A DNA stretch of 64,000 bases from Takakia lepidozioides (GCA_030704615.1 CM060733.1:39308001-39372000), one strand, 5' to 3'. Shown: positions 24,559 to 37,536, counted from the stretch's first letter. Numbers and translations: made by a program. The notes: a model not told the origin generated them from the letters alone.

Positions 24559-27500
24559 CTAAGACTGTTCATCGCACTTGGGTGTGCCATGTGCTGACCA
24601 GCAAGAGCTAGCATCCTTGGGAATTCCCCAAGAGCATCTGTCTTCAATTGTAAGTGCGTTGACACCTCTCACCAACCGGAACCACCCCCGCTCCCCCCAG
24701 TATGTTCCCTGCATTTATCACCAGAAATGGCACAGATAAATTTCTTTGGGTGTGCAAGGCAAGGATGGACAGGAGCTACATCTGGTGTATACTGGAAACT
24801 AGTGCACATCACCTTGTTATGTTCATTCTTTTGTAACCTTTAGAGGGCACAAGCCCCATTGCATATGATGATGGTTTGTTAGTCTCTGGATACTGGGCCT
24901 AATAGGTAGCATCCTCCCCATCCCAAAGTGCAATGTGGGTTGAAAAGTTAGAGAGAGAAAACCAGCTTGGCTCACCCAGGAGTTCCGAATGATCCAATAC
25001 TTGATACCATTCTCTTCACCCCAGCCTGCCACACTCACAATGTGGTCCCTTGTTGCAGGGTCCCTGCCTCACACACAACAGTGCAGCAGCTCAAGTACTG
25101 TAATAGTAGCATATCTCTATTCATATATGCTTAGTATGAATATATTACACAGAATCATGTCCTGTTGCTAGCTTTCTGGACCGCAACAAGTCTGAAGCAC
25201 CGAAACAGATGGGATAACCGCTGCGATATGCCATGGAAAAATGGTTAAGCGATCAAATTCTCCACTCTGTAGCCTAATCATAGTCTCTCTACAGTACATG
25301 AAAGGGAAACACAAAGTTAATGTAGATTGTGACAGTGCTACTGGATCAACATGAGTGTTGGGGGACTGCACTTACGTGTTGTTGAGAATGCCCCCAGTGT
25401 AGAAATGCAATAAGGTAGAATCAATGCCACAAGAAATTGGCCCTCTCTCATATATCTCTGCCATCTGCAAAGCACAAATACAGCCATCCAATGTATAGGT
25501 GTGGCCAAAAAGTAGTTGTGGTTGATTAGAATTCTCTGCCACATCTGCCAGTCTCAGAGAATGTATGCTGAAAAACAACCCACATTGAAGAGCAGAGGAG
25601 GTTTTGAAGTGGGTGAAGCGGTGGGAACAGAGCAGCAGTGAGAGTCCGAGTGTAGGCGCAAAGCATAAGTGCTAGATCAGACAGAAATTACAACTGAAGC
25701 ATCATAACTCTCAACATGCCAACATACCAAGTTTTCTTTTGTGCGGAACACTAACCATGTTGAGCTCCCCATTGATCCGTCCATACTCAGAGACCCAATG
25801 GCGTGGGTATTCAGTAATAGGACTGCAAGTTTCAAGGTTGCCGGCAGGCGGGACGCAGTTGCGACATATGTTGATGGGAATGCATGCCTCATCTGTTGCC
25901 TTGTACAGCTGTGGGAATTTCAACACATAAACATCAGTCCTAAGTGCAAGTTGGCTCAGACCGCCCAAGCCAACAAAACCAATTGGGAACAGACATCTGA
26001 TTGTCAGACATGCAGCATAAATCACTCGTGACCATCTTCACTGTTCCGAAGATGACTTTTAGGTTCAATTCTACATCTTCCTCATTGTGGGTTAGAATCA
26101 AAGAAAGTTTACAAGAGGAGAGCCAGTGCCCACCTGGCAAGTCTCTTCAGGCAGGCCATGGTCATGCATGTACTTGTAGACTCCCACAGGATCACCCCCT
26201 TGGCAGCTGCCAGCGACTTCAACAGCGCAATTCAATATCCTGTAGGAAAGACATCCACACAGTTTAGGTTTGTATGGCTGTCCGGAGGCCGATTTGCAAA
26301 AGAGGGAGAGGAAGTGATGTGACTGATATACGAAATTAACTGATAGAGAAGAAAGTACGTACACTTGCACAGAGTATTGAATATCAGGCCATTGAGCCTT
26401 GCGAAAGATTTTGTGTCGATCTGCCAATGAGCTCAATGCTCCATGTGCCCAACATGACCCTGCCATCCACAGCACTAAAGATTTTCAACAAAATTGCCTT
26501 GGTGTATGTCATGTTTCTTCTCTGATCAGCATGTAGACCACAGAACTTTGTGAAGTGTTAAGTTTCGTTACAAAGTGTTATACCACAACATGAAACAAGT
26601 ATGCCAGGAAATAATGTCGGACACCACAAGCAAGTCAACTAACCAAGACCAGCTGATGAAGAATGTGTATAAGGGTGTATGTTTAAGGAGAACCCCTCCT
26701 CACAAAGATAAAATTCAGACAAATACAAACATCACAGACTGTTTGCTATCATAAACTCAGTCCCTAAAACTGAGAACAACATAACAACTGCTGCCAATTC
26801 TTAAACCTACCTCTATATGAGGATTTTTCATTTCTTTAGATTGAAAGACTCCATTTTGCTACATGCTGCTCCGTCCCATGTCCTTGGTTGTGCCTTAGCT
26901 ACAGTGTAGGCAATCAGTCAAAAGTTACAGTGAGTACCGCAATAGACGGGTATATGCTGGTTGAGATCCTTGGTCACATAACTTGTCCCTGCCCTTCCCA
27001 CAAACAGACAGTAGAGGACGCCTCCTATGAAGTCAGACTTCCCTGTATTTGTCATATGAGCAGCTCTCTCACAGAGAAAACGTTGTCAACTAAGGAAATC
27101 ATGATCACTATATGAAGTTGTCCAAGAAATGGTTTGGAATGTACCGTTGACATTACGCCAATCCCAAGCTTTGGGAAGAAGGGTGAGGTCTAAGTACTCA
27201 TGTGGCTGTTTTCCCACCACCTTCGTTATCACTGTCAAATCTCCAACATATATCCCACGTAAATGGTTAAAGGCCACTCACTTTCACCATCAAATAATAG
27301 TTGCACAGAAAACGTTGTACAACACACACAGCCACTTACTGCACAGTCCAAGAGGGAATTTCTTGTATCATGTTCTGCTGTGACAAATGTCAACATGCAA
27401 GGTCTAGAACTGTTTATGCATTGCAAAACTAGGCAGTTGCTCTTTCCTTTTCTCCTTATAACTCTATCTGCAGCATGCAGTGACCAACTTAATTCCTCTC

Positions 27501-28058
27501 TGCTTTGTGCACAGTTAGAATTCTAAGTGTGTCTTTCTGTTCTTTGTAGGTAGTTCACTTTTCACGCATCTTTCCGACTACCTCCACAGAAGAAAGCATA
27601 CTCGCAGAGCGCCCGCTGATTACTATCTCATATTAAATATGCCAAGTAAGAGGCACAACTAAAGTAGCAAATACAGAACGTGAGTGAGTCCTTCTCAAAT
27701 TTGTGGAATCCTCGGACTTTCGTATTGAGGGAGGAAATTCATGTCTGGTGGGAGAAAGAAAGAGAAAAGACAGTCAGACAGGAGAATGAGGCACTTAGGC
27801 TCCAGTTCCTGCAATTGCATCCAATTGCAGGGCAAATTGGCGATGATGCATACCGTTCATGTCCTTGTATTCACCGGGCCACGTTCGCAAGGGTCGGGAA
27901 GGGACGCCCATGATCGACCATGCAGACCCCAATGCTGGTCCCAGTTCCAGAATTGGGTGGACATCGATCGAAGATATCCAGACCGACTTCCAAATACAAA
28001 GCAAACCTGTTGCTAGTACCAGCACCACTGCTACTACAATCTTCTCTGTGTTTCCCAT
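24559..28058 (-). CDS. CTSZ: Papain-family (C1A) cysteine protease, cathepsin X/Z type, multi-exon
   Basis: Signal/anchor [20 protein letters not shown]; [12 protein letters not shown]; [12 protein letters not shown]|[14 protein letters not shown]; GSCQGGDP; [15 protein letters not shown]; [17 protein letters not shown]|[15 protein letters not shown]. Stop at 24559-24561. Confidence 0.9.
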
Positions 28059-29045
28059 CTAATGATATGTTTTCAAACGGTAAATGCAGACCAATACAAA
28101 ATCGTGCGCTGCTAAGTTATATGCACGTTGCAACCAGCCTGCGCTTGGCCTCTTACATTGAGGACGCAGTCCGTCTTTAAAGCCTTCTCCAGTCCTTGCT
28201 GTCCCTTATGCTCTTTAGGCCTTCTGTGCACGTTTTGAATTTCCTCCCCGTCCCTCTTTTCTTCCTGTCTTCTTTTCTCTATCTTCCTCTCTTGGTATGC
28301 TAGACGAACAAAAGAATTTCACAAACTTAGGGTAGTCAGAAGATTATACAGGAATCAAGAAGGTAATCTATTCCCAAAGATAAATTTCGCAGATACTTGC
28401 AGAATTCGCGACTAAAAATCTATTCCAGCATCGACAGATTACGAAGTCTCAAGCAGATCGCTGTAGTGATACTCTGTTTTAGCCAGTTTCATGCAAACGT
28501 TAACGTGCTGGCAAAGGTTGGCAGACCCAAGATCAGTCCCCTTCCTCTTCCCTCTCTCGTTATGTCCCCTGAAAGCACAGACACACGTATCAGGGTCCTT
28601 CCAGCTGCCGGAGTCTCTGAGAAATTGCACAAGAAAAACGCAGATAGTTGGGAGAAGAGTGCGGCACACGGATCGTTCTTCCCACAAATTGTGCGAGACA
28701 ACAAAACGTCCAAAGTCCAAACAGAATCTGCTTCCCGCATCCTTGACGTCACTCCGGTCGTCCCACGCAACAGCCAACACTCTCTCCACTTCGCCACCAG
28801 ATCTGCGGTTCGAACTCACAAATCTGCACGAGCTCCACTTCGCTGAACTCCCGAAGCCTTCATCACCAATTGCGTCAATCATCTTCTTCACTCTCTCTTC
28901 TTACCTCTTCTCACAGTAAGAACTGGTTTGCGAGGCCAGATAAAACATAAAGATAAAGATTCTTTAACGTCCAGTGAATTTACAGAGCCTACTGCTCAAC
29001 ACACAGGCCATCGAGGGCCCAATGGACGGTCTGAAGGCACATGTT

Positions 29046-29114
29046 GAAGATTGACCCCAAGATCACCCAGGTTATGCACAGGCAAGGCACAAATACCCAA
29101 CCACTGGGCTACCT
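29046..29114 (-). mobile_element. Possible tRNA-derived SINE head
   Basis: Minus strand carries an A-box-like TAGCCCAGTGG and, about 45 nt later, a degenerate B-box-like GGGTCAATCT. Confidence 0.3.
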
Positions 29115-29921
29115 GCTCAAGTGCAGGGCCAGAGATCGAGAGATATTCGCTTCTTCGCTCGGTATACTTGGAACAGATTTGCAGAGTCTGCTGAAGCACA
29201 GTTTTTGAGGAGCGTGTCTTCTTCCTCTTCAGACTGTGTCGAGGTTCAGCAGTGGCAGTGACCTCAGCTCCACCAACCTTGATAAATTTGCAAACTAGCG
29301 ATGCACAGAAACCTGGTAATACTTACAATGTAACTTGATCAATGCTCTTGCACAGGAATGGCTACCAGACATACTGAAAGCACTTGCCAACAAATGAAAT
29401 CTTACTAAGAAATTGTGTGATGCAAACATGAAGGACTATGACTGCGGTTACACTGATTATGACATAACTAGGTCCAATCAATGCTGCATAGCTGAATCCC
29501 ACATCCTGTTACATGCGAGTACTGAGGTTTGCTTGGAGATTTTGTTACGCTGGAAAATTGTCCTTATGCCGTCATACATGCAGTGACCACTCTCCCCACC
29601 CCTTAGGCCTGAAGGATCATTGAATTTTTATTCGAATCAGTATCCCAAACACTGGCTCACTGTCATCCAATCTGATGAGGAAACTCCCACAACATAGGGG
29701 ATAAGAGAGATCTGCCCAGCAAGGGAATTGCTGCAGCTTACATTTAGCCTCAACTTGTTGGGTGGAAGCTAACAAGCTAACTGCAATCACCTTGCAAGGG
29801 GATACTAAATGTGCCTAATCCAAAAGTGGCCAACTTTTGTGTGCCTAGACTATGAAACCTATCCGGCTAATTACCAACCAGGTGCTTCAATACACAAGTA
29901 ATCTACAGCTCAAGGAGAAGC

Positions 29922-31615
29922 TCAAGGGCTCCTTTCGGTTGTCTGCAAAACCTTCCTTATGATCGACTGGAGCGCTGCTGCACTGGTGGCACAGTTGGCA
30001 TCAGTGAAACATGAGCGCCCCTCCTCTGCCGCTCTTCCAAGCATAGGGTCCACAGGCACCCTCCCTAAAAACGGAACTCTCATTTGCTTACACATTTTTT
30101 CAGCACCCCCTGCCCCACCGTAAAACACTTCAGTACAAACAAATGCTGATAGCAAGTGTGGGGCATGAATCCGCAACTGCTCCAACAACTCTTCTGAAAC
30201 ATCCTTCTCTTCCCCATCAGCACTGATGGTCTTGAATTCCACATGCTCTAGTTGTTGGTGTAGCTCACTCATGTTCTCCACCACACCTAGTACACGGATC
30301 CCTACCTTCTTGCAAAAGTTTATCTCCTTCCTGACATCAATCAGGGACACTTCTTGTGGGGTGGTAACAATTATGGCACCGTCGACATTAGTGGCCTTCA
30401 AGTACTGCATTATGGAGATGTGCTCGTCGGAGGTGCCTGGGGGGGCATCGACCACTAAGTAATCTAAGTCACCCCAATCAACATCTTTCAAGAACTGTTT
30501 GATCAACCCATTCTTGCGGGGTCCACGCCAGATTACTGCCTCATCAGGGTCCGACAGCATAAACCCAATGGACATCACCCCCAAGTTATCTTCAACATAC
30601 ACTGGTGACCAGCCCAAGTTGCTCTGATGAATCTCTTGTCCTTCAAGCCCTAGCATTTTTGGGATACTCGGCCCACAAATGTCAATGTCCAGAAGCCCAA
30701 CTTGCTTGTCCTGACTGGCCAACGCAAATGACAGCTGTGCCGCAAATGTGCTCTTGCCAACACCCCCTTTTCCAGACAACACCAGCACCTTGTGCTTCAC
30801 ACTACTCATCCGCTCACCGATCACCAGAAGCTCTAATAGTCTCAAACCAAGCCCCCCAAAAAACATCAAAGCCGTAAGTCCCAATTCCCAGAACTGGTGA
30901 CCAATGATGATCGCTGCCTCTATAAGATTCTTCTATTCGAAGGACAATTCGACGGATAAGATTCTTCTATTTGACATTTCCCGCATGAAGTGAACAACCC
31001 CACTAAAACAATTCATGTGTACATGGGCCTCCCAGAACTGAAAATAAATGCTTTCACAGGTTTGTGCAAAGAAACGCAGAAATCAAACCCCAGTTGTCTC
31101 GCCCCACGGTGGAAAGGTTTCCAATGCTAACCTTACAAGAAAGGGGTTGCAATCAATTAGATCTTCTGTAAAAAAGCAAATTCACTACATGCTGACAAAC
31201 AAGCCTCACCGAAATCCTACGCAGAATTAGGAACCTTGTACAGAATCTAATCCACAGACGCATACCTGGGTCAGGGCCCTTGGGGGCAGTAGCACAGGCC
31301 TCTTGATTTGGGCAACCCGCACACGCCTCTGCCTTCCCTGCTGCCTCCGCCTCTGTGCCCGGACAATCTGTACACAAGCACCAAAATTCGGCAAAAAAAT
31401 TACGCAACTACAATTCCTCCCATTTCTTAAGTTATCATACGGAAAGACTGAACAAGAATGATTCTGAATTGCGAGGCTCTCAGATCTGCGAGAGTGGTAT
31501 CTTCAGAAAAGCGACACAATCAAAACAGGGCGCACTCACGTTCATTGGCGTCCTCCGGAACCTCCCCAGCCGGTTTTCCATTAGCAACAGCGTCCTCCAT
31601 CTCCATCTCCACCAT
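29922..31615 (-). CDS. NBP35: Cytosolic Fe-S cluster assembly factor NBP35 (Mrp/NBP35 P-loop NTPase); exons ~31540-31615, ~31267-31368, ~29922-30833
   Basis: N-terminal ferredoxin-like [26 protein letters not shown], deviant Walker [52 protein letters not shown]. Confidence 0.96.
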
Positions 31616-31985
31616 GATCGATCCCTACCTAGCTGCTGCGTCTCAGAATCTGCCCTGCTCGTCTCACCGCTCTTGCCCAACCGAGTCACCCCGCGCTACA
31701 AACAACAAACAGCAAACAAAGCCGAAAATTTCACGGAGATGATGAAGTAGGTGGATGAAGGAAGGGCTTGCATGGATGACATGCATTTGTTTTTCAACTC
31801 CTTGGAAAAATCTAGAGAGGAAGGAAGCATCGCGGGTTGCTCACCCATGAACTGGGCAGCCTTCTTCTTCAAGCTTCCAGAGCAAGCAGATGCCCACCGA
31901 CATAACCCATCCCAATCCTCAGGATCTCAGCTACGAAGCCACAGCTATCTTGCAGAACAGGTAGACGCATCTATGTCGTTGAGGT

Positions 31986-32089
31986 ACACCTGGAGATCCA
32001 CATCAACTGGAGGCACAAGAAGATGAAAGCCCTTCACCTCCGAGTCGCGGTTCTTCTTGTGCCTCCAGTTGATGTGGATCTCCAGGTGT
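31986..32089. repeat. Perfect 38-bp inverted repeat with a 28-nt loop (hairpin)
   Basis: acacctggagatccacatcaactggaggcacaagaaga (31986-32023) is the exact reverse complement of 32052-32089. Confidence 0.95.
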
Positions 32090-32251
32090 TAGGGGAGGTC
32101 CCAGCAGCTGCGTAGCTCGGTAAGTGCTCGGTCCAGATTGGGCCAAAGCTCGAAACCTGCTGCAAAGTCAAAATCCGAGAGAAGTTTTCCTTCCTTCTTC
32201 AGATTCTTTCTTTTCTTGTGCAATCCGTAGGCTCTGGAGAAAGGCAAAGTT

Positions 32252-32253
<2 letters not shown>

Positions 32254-32287
<34 letters not shown>
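32254..32287. repeat. (CT)n microsatellite
   Basis: Direct dinucleotide run. Confidence 0.9.
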
Positions 32288-32291
<4 letters not shown>

Positions 32292-35019
32292 AAAACAACA
32301 AACGTCGTGTTCGGTATGCTGACCACTCAAAAATGGTGAAGTGGCTCTTAGTTACTCCAAACAAGACGTTGTCCTGGAATCATGTTGTAATTTGTTCTGT
32401 GCCAACAGGAACTGGTTTCACACACATGGAATGGCATGGTTATAGTAGTGTCAAGTCTCTCTTTTAGCTAGTCTTGTTCAGCATGCTGGAAGCCATCATA
32501 ACGTGTACATCTGATACAGCCCTAATAGATGTAGACATCCAACCAACCAATTGCAAGTGAAGTCTAAGAATGCTCCTAAACAGGCATGGTCAAAGCCTGG
32601 ATCTGATGATGCAATTAAATCATTTAATGCGTCATGCTTCCACTTCTTAACTCTATAGAGGAGACATGCCCAGGCCTCCCCTGCACCAGCATAATCAGTC
32701 TATTGTGCATAGATTCAGCCTTCCTTGTAAACCAAGACATGCCAATTATGTTCATGCACACGAGATTGAATCTCCAGTTAAAACTGATGCAAGACATGAC
32801 TTCTGGACTCTGACTTCCAGACTCTCTTGGATTGGTGGTAAGTTACCCTGTACTGAAAAAGTAATTGTTCAGATAAACCTGAGCCCCAACACATTCTGTG
32901 GGGGACTTCCTAAGATGAACAACAAAAAGCATCCAGAACTATACCAGTTCCTGGCATTGGGAGCTGTTCAGCCAATTGGTCAGTGGTTACTGCTTTTGGC
33001 GGCAGTTCCTTCCTGTCCGTAATTGAGCATTGCTCAACACACTAATCAGGGAGGCCTCCATCTTCACCCTCATTACTGAGTAGTAGATGAAGATGGAGCC
33101 CCTTGCAGGACTGAGCTCCAGCTCCGTAACATAATAAAAGCTTGCAGCTTTGATTGATAGATCATGGTAGCCCATATCATGAATGTTGATGGTCGAGTAC
33201 CAGATTCATCCTCCCCAGCCATCTCGGAGATGCTCAACACGCATTTGTCGCCATGTGCTCCTCATGATCTCTCTTGAATTCTCTCTCCAATGCCAGCAGC
33301 TGTTATGCAGATCTGGCCGGAGGCCACACAGGATGTTCTCATTATCTTTCACTAAAATATCCTAATTAGTTGCTTTGAGATGATCTGGCATGACATCACC
33401 TCTGTGCACACTCTACAGTGGCTGCAGGCCCACTACCGGGTGGACTGCTCTATGAGCTGAGTTCTTACTAATTTCCTCTGAGCCATTAAGAGCCTTGCTA
33501 GGTGCATATGCATATCAATGCTTGAATATAATACTAATTAGTGCTGTTAGTATGAAAGGTAGAACTTCCGTTGTAATCTGGCTGTGCCCTGCATCAACAT
33601 CACTACAGTCTATATCCACCAAGCCTCTCACAGTCGCACACGTAGCAGCCTCCACCTCCATTTCATCACTGGGAGCAGTGGGTAATACCAATACTGTTGT
33701 GGCCCTCAAGGTTGCCATCCCAGCTACTTTGCTTTGATCCCTCTTCTCTCTGAATCTATTCTTTCTTGTTCCATTTGTAGCTCTTAAACATTTCTGCTTT
33801 TCAGTGATATTACAATCATATCCTCTATGCAATTCACAGACACCAAAATTGAGTTTTCCACACGTTGCCGGAGGACCTTACCAACAGAGCATCAAAACTG
33901 CACATCAGAGCATGATCTTCCCTGGAGCATTTCATATTTCTCCTGCTCGAGGGGGAAGGGAGGAGAGCAACATTGGGGGGGAGGACCACATGTGTAGAAA
34001 GCTCCAGCAGTGGGGATGTTTTTCTCCAATGTTTGTAAAGAAACTGCTGGCAGATAATGAGATCATACAGCCCATAGGATCTGGCCACAAAGCAATGATG
34101 GTTAGTATGTACACACAGTCAATGAATAAAAAAAAGAAATAAGGAACTCTATGATGTCCACAAGAGCTTACAGACAAAATTACATAACAGACACAAAGCA
34201 CTGCAAATCAGGCCCAACAAATGAGAGAGAAATGCGTGACATTTTTGGAAGAAGTTTGGGAGCTTGCCTCTTGTGTCTTTCTTGTGTAGCAGCCTCTTCT
34301 GTAGAGATGACAGCTTGTGCAGCCTTCTCACTCTGCACACGCTATTCTTGTCAAACTCACTGTGACTCAGCCTCCTTACACAGGAAGTCATTAATCATCT
34401 TAGCTGCAAATATACTACAAAGGTCCCCAACCCTGGTTACTACAACTTGTGGTGTATGGGTTGGAAGGCAGTGGAGTTAACAGACGAGCAGACAGGCAGC
34501 GTAGAAAACCAGAGAGGAATTATATTGATGAGACTCGCTAGAGGCATTTAACATAAAAAAGACAGAACAGGTTCCTTAACATATTTTAATGGGATGCTAG
34601 ATTTTGATTCGACCCATGGGCAATGAGGTATCATTTCTCAAGCACGTGTGGGTGAATGTATCTGAGTGTCAGGGCTTGAACATCACAAGGGCTTTGGAAA
34701 GACTCCCTTACATAGGACTGCCCGGATCTATATGACAGTTTTAATGTCATAGGAGGTGAGTCTCCTTTGGACCTCTCAAAGATTCTTTGTAACTCAATCA
34801 AGTGACAGATGTGGATAATATACCTCTTCCAATTTGCAGCAAAAGCCGCTTGCATTGAACAGTTGCGTGTTGCAATGGCACCCAGAGTGGCAGACTACAT
34901 GTGTGGTTTGCGGCTGCTGCTGTAAGGCATAACGAGACTGACTTCATGTTAAAGATCAACCATGTGCACACTTGATTTGGAGTTGGGGAAACGTAGCACC
35001 AGTGCAACACATAACAGTT

Positions 35020-37536
35020 CTAGCAGCAATTTCTGAGAGTGTTCTTGGTGTCTGTTTTTGAGCCCATCCCATTTTTTGCTGCCAAAACCTTGTCAACCAC
35101 CTCTGACATGTCTTCCCACACAATGGGCTTGCTAAGATAGCCGTCCAGGCCTGTCTCTTCCATTGGCCCACTCTCGGGAGCCAGTGCATCTGCTGAAAGT
35201 GCATAAATGGGAACCCTGCACAATGGAGGCGGCAACGCACGTATTGCCCTTGTTGCACTCAGACCGTCAAGGACAGGCATCTGTAGATCCATCAATACCA
35301 GATCATAGGTTTTCCTTTGGACAGCTGCAATGGCCAGCTTGCCATTCCCGACCAATTCCACATCATGCCCATAGTGCCTGAAAATCTTCTGTATAAGGAG
35401 CTGATTGACTTTGTTATCTTCTGCCACTAAAACACTCACAAACTTAACCTCCTCTTTGATGGTGGACATTCCTGGATGGGGTAAGGGTGGCTTCACAGAA
35501 GAAGGTGAAAGGTCCAGGAGAAGCTTGCTTGTGTCTTCCGCAGACAGAAGCGGCAAGACAAATGTGACCTCAGTTCCATGGCCAATTTCACTCTCCACTC
35601 GTATCCTCCCGCCCATCAAACCTAGCAATGCTTTGCAGATAGCCAGTCCCAGGCCCGTTCCAGCTGCATCCCTTCGGGGTGCCCCAGCATGTGCTGCAGC
35701 AAACAAACAATCAAGCTGCCCCTTGGCAATGCCTACACCTGTGTCTACAACTTTAATCTCCAACCATAATGTCTTATCCTTTGTTGCAGAACCAGCCCCC
35801 TCTGTTTCTCCAGATTTGATGCTCGCTTTTCCTGTAGCCAAGGTTCTTTCAGCAGTACCCACATCGAGAATTGGAGAGCTGGAGCGTAGAAGCCCACTAG
35901 CACTTCTCCTTATTTTTGATGTAGCTTGAAAAAGTAGCAAACTGGTGGTTGAATCCATTGGTGGAGGTGGCACATATTTCCAAGACACTACAATGTTTCC
36001 TGCTTCTGTGAATTTGATGGCATTGCTCACAAGATTCACTAGGATCTGGCGGAGGCGGACAGGATCTCCTCGCACGGCAACAGTGGCACCTGGTATGCCC
36101 TTTATGGTCATTTTCAAGCCCTTTTCTGCCAGTTTTTTCTCATGCAAAGTAGAAACTTGATCGAAAAGGTCGGTAAGTGAAAAGTCAATTTCTTCAAGAA
36201 AGAGGCGGCCAGCTTCCATCTTGCAGAAGTCTAGGATGTTATTGATTACTTGCATGAGGCCCTCTGCTGACTCCTGCATTATTTTGACCAGCTCTTGTTG
36301 CTGTGGCAAAAGCTTTGTCAAATTCAAAAGATCAAGCATCCCCAGCACTCCAGTCATGGGGGTTCGCAGCTCATGGCTCATCATAGCCAGGAACTGTGAC
36401 TTGGCCCTATTTGCTGCTTCAATGGCATCATTGGCATCGCGCTCTGCGGTGACGTCTTCATACAGCCATAACCGCCCATGGGCAGATCCAGTACTCACTG
36501 GATATGACCGGACATGAAGCACCCGGCGAGGCATTTTCAGCTCCCATTCTTCCTCAATCTCGTAGTCCTCCTGCCCTGCTAGTGCCTTAAACCATTGCTG
36601 AGGATCTGTCCGGGTGCCACTACATTCAGCCAATTTCCGCATAGCCCCAGCTATCCTGGAGGGCTCTACTTCCCCCTGTGAAGGAAGCTCCAAGAGCCGT
36701 GCAGCTGCAGGGTTGATAACAACCTGTGCCATTTCATCATCCACAAACACCACAGCTTGCGGCATCATCTTAAGAATTGCATCAAAACGCTTCCCCAAGC
36801 GCTCAAATTTGCGACCTCCAATTCTATTTGATAAGAGCATTGGTAAAGATTCCACTGCATCCGAGAATATAGCTTCGGTTGTGACTGGAATTTGAGAGAC
36901 TTCAAGCCACAATGCAAAGAAGATACCTTCATATCCTTCCATCGCAAAACGATGACCAATGAATGCTTGTGGCTGGCCTTCCAGTGTCTCTCTGAACTCG
37001 CGTGGCAAGGTTAACCCCTCAGTACTGATTACCTTTCCTGAGAGAGCAGCAAATAGCTCTGGTCTGAACTCAATTAGCTCAGCAAACCTTAGGCTTTTTG
37101 GAACAACTAGAAGAGTCTCTACAAGCCTCTCGTGGTTCTTCCGTATGACCCCCACCACCACAGCATCGGCTTTTGCAGAGGTGGCCACAATTTGCAACAC
37201 CGCATATGGCAAATGGACAAACACAGCTCCAGGAGACTGGGGAGGGGAGTCCCAGTGGAGCTCCCTCTTAATGGGCCGAGGTGTTTCTGGTTTAGGGCTC
37301 TCCTCCTGGGGGGCCCCTTCAACAAGCAAACTCAAGAAATGATGGCCTGCAAGCCCAAAACTTTCAGGGTCACCCTCGCTGCTTGTGTTGGATGAGTCCG
37401 ACTCTCTTTCTCCATCCATCAACACGTCTCCGCCCCATGCAAATACCGGATGTACTGTTGCCCAAGGCTCTGTCAGTCCGGCACCGACACCTATTTCTCC
37501 TGCAAGCAATCCATGGCCATAAGCAAGCAGGGACAT
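35020..37536 (-). CDS. Soluble hybrid histidine kinase (N-terminal sensor/PAS - HisKA - HATPase - receiver), single coding exon
   Basis: PAS-like FDAILKMMPQAVVFVD..INPAAARLL..EDVTAER; H-box KSQFLAMMSHELRTPM; N-box RLRQILVNLVSNAIKFT; G1 DTGVGI; G2 GTGLGLAIC; receiver AEDNKVN..LMDLQMPVLDG..YLSKP. First ATG is at 37536, behind an acceptor-like ccag. Confidence 0.93.
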   Translation of the reverse strand: MSLLAYGHGLLAGEIGVGAGLTEPWATVHPVFAWGGDVLMDGERESDSSNTSSEGDPESFGLAGHHFLSLLVEGAPQEESPKPETPRPIKRELHWDSPPQSPGAVFVHLPYAVLQIVATSAKADAVVVGVIRKNHERLVETLLVVPKSLRFAELIEFRPELFAALSGKVISTEGLTLPREFRETLEGQPQAFIGHRFAMEGYEGIFFALWLEVSQIPVTTEAIFSDAVESLPMLLSNRIGGRKFERLGKRFDAILKMMPQAVVFVDDEMAQVVINPAAARLLELPSQGEVEPSRIAGAMRKLAECSGTRTDPQQWFKALAGQEDYEIEEEWELKMPRRVLHVRSYPVSTGSAHGRLWLYEDVTAERDANDAIEAANRAKSQFLAMMSHELRTPMTGVLGMLDLLNLTKLLPQQQELVKIMQESAEGLMQVINNILDFCKMEAGRLFLEEIDFSLTDLFDQVSTLHEKKLAEKGLKMTIKGIPGATVAVRGDPVRLRQILVNLVSNAIKFTEAGNIVVSWKYVPPPPMDSTTSLLLFQATSKIRRSASGLLRSSSPILDVGTAERTLATGKASIKSGETEGAGSATKDKTLWLEIKVVDTGVGIAKGQLDCLFAAAHAGAPRRDAAGTGLGLAICKALLGLMGGRIRVESEIGHGTEVTFVLPLLSAEDTSKLLLDLSPSSVKPPLPHPGMSTIKEEVKFVSVLVAEDNKVNQLLIQKIFRHYGHDVELVGNGKLAIAAVQRKTYDLVLMDLQMPVLDGLSATRAIRALPPPLCRVPIYALSADALAPESGPMEETGLDGYLSKPIVWEDMSEVVDKVLAAKNGMGSKTDTKNTLRNCC

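Noticed and set aside
28397-28919. Overlapping 100-150-aa ORFs on both strands upstream of the cathepsin gene
   Set aside because: No recognisable domain; probably promoter or 5'UTR sequence of moderate GC content.
35163-37395. Multiple plus-strand ORFs over the histidine kinase
   Set aside because: Antisense shadows of the long minus-strand CDS.
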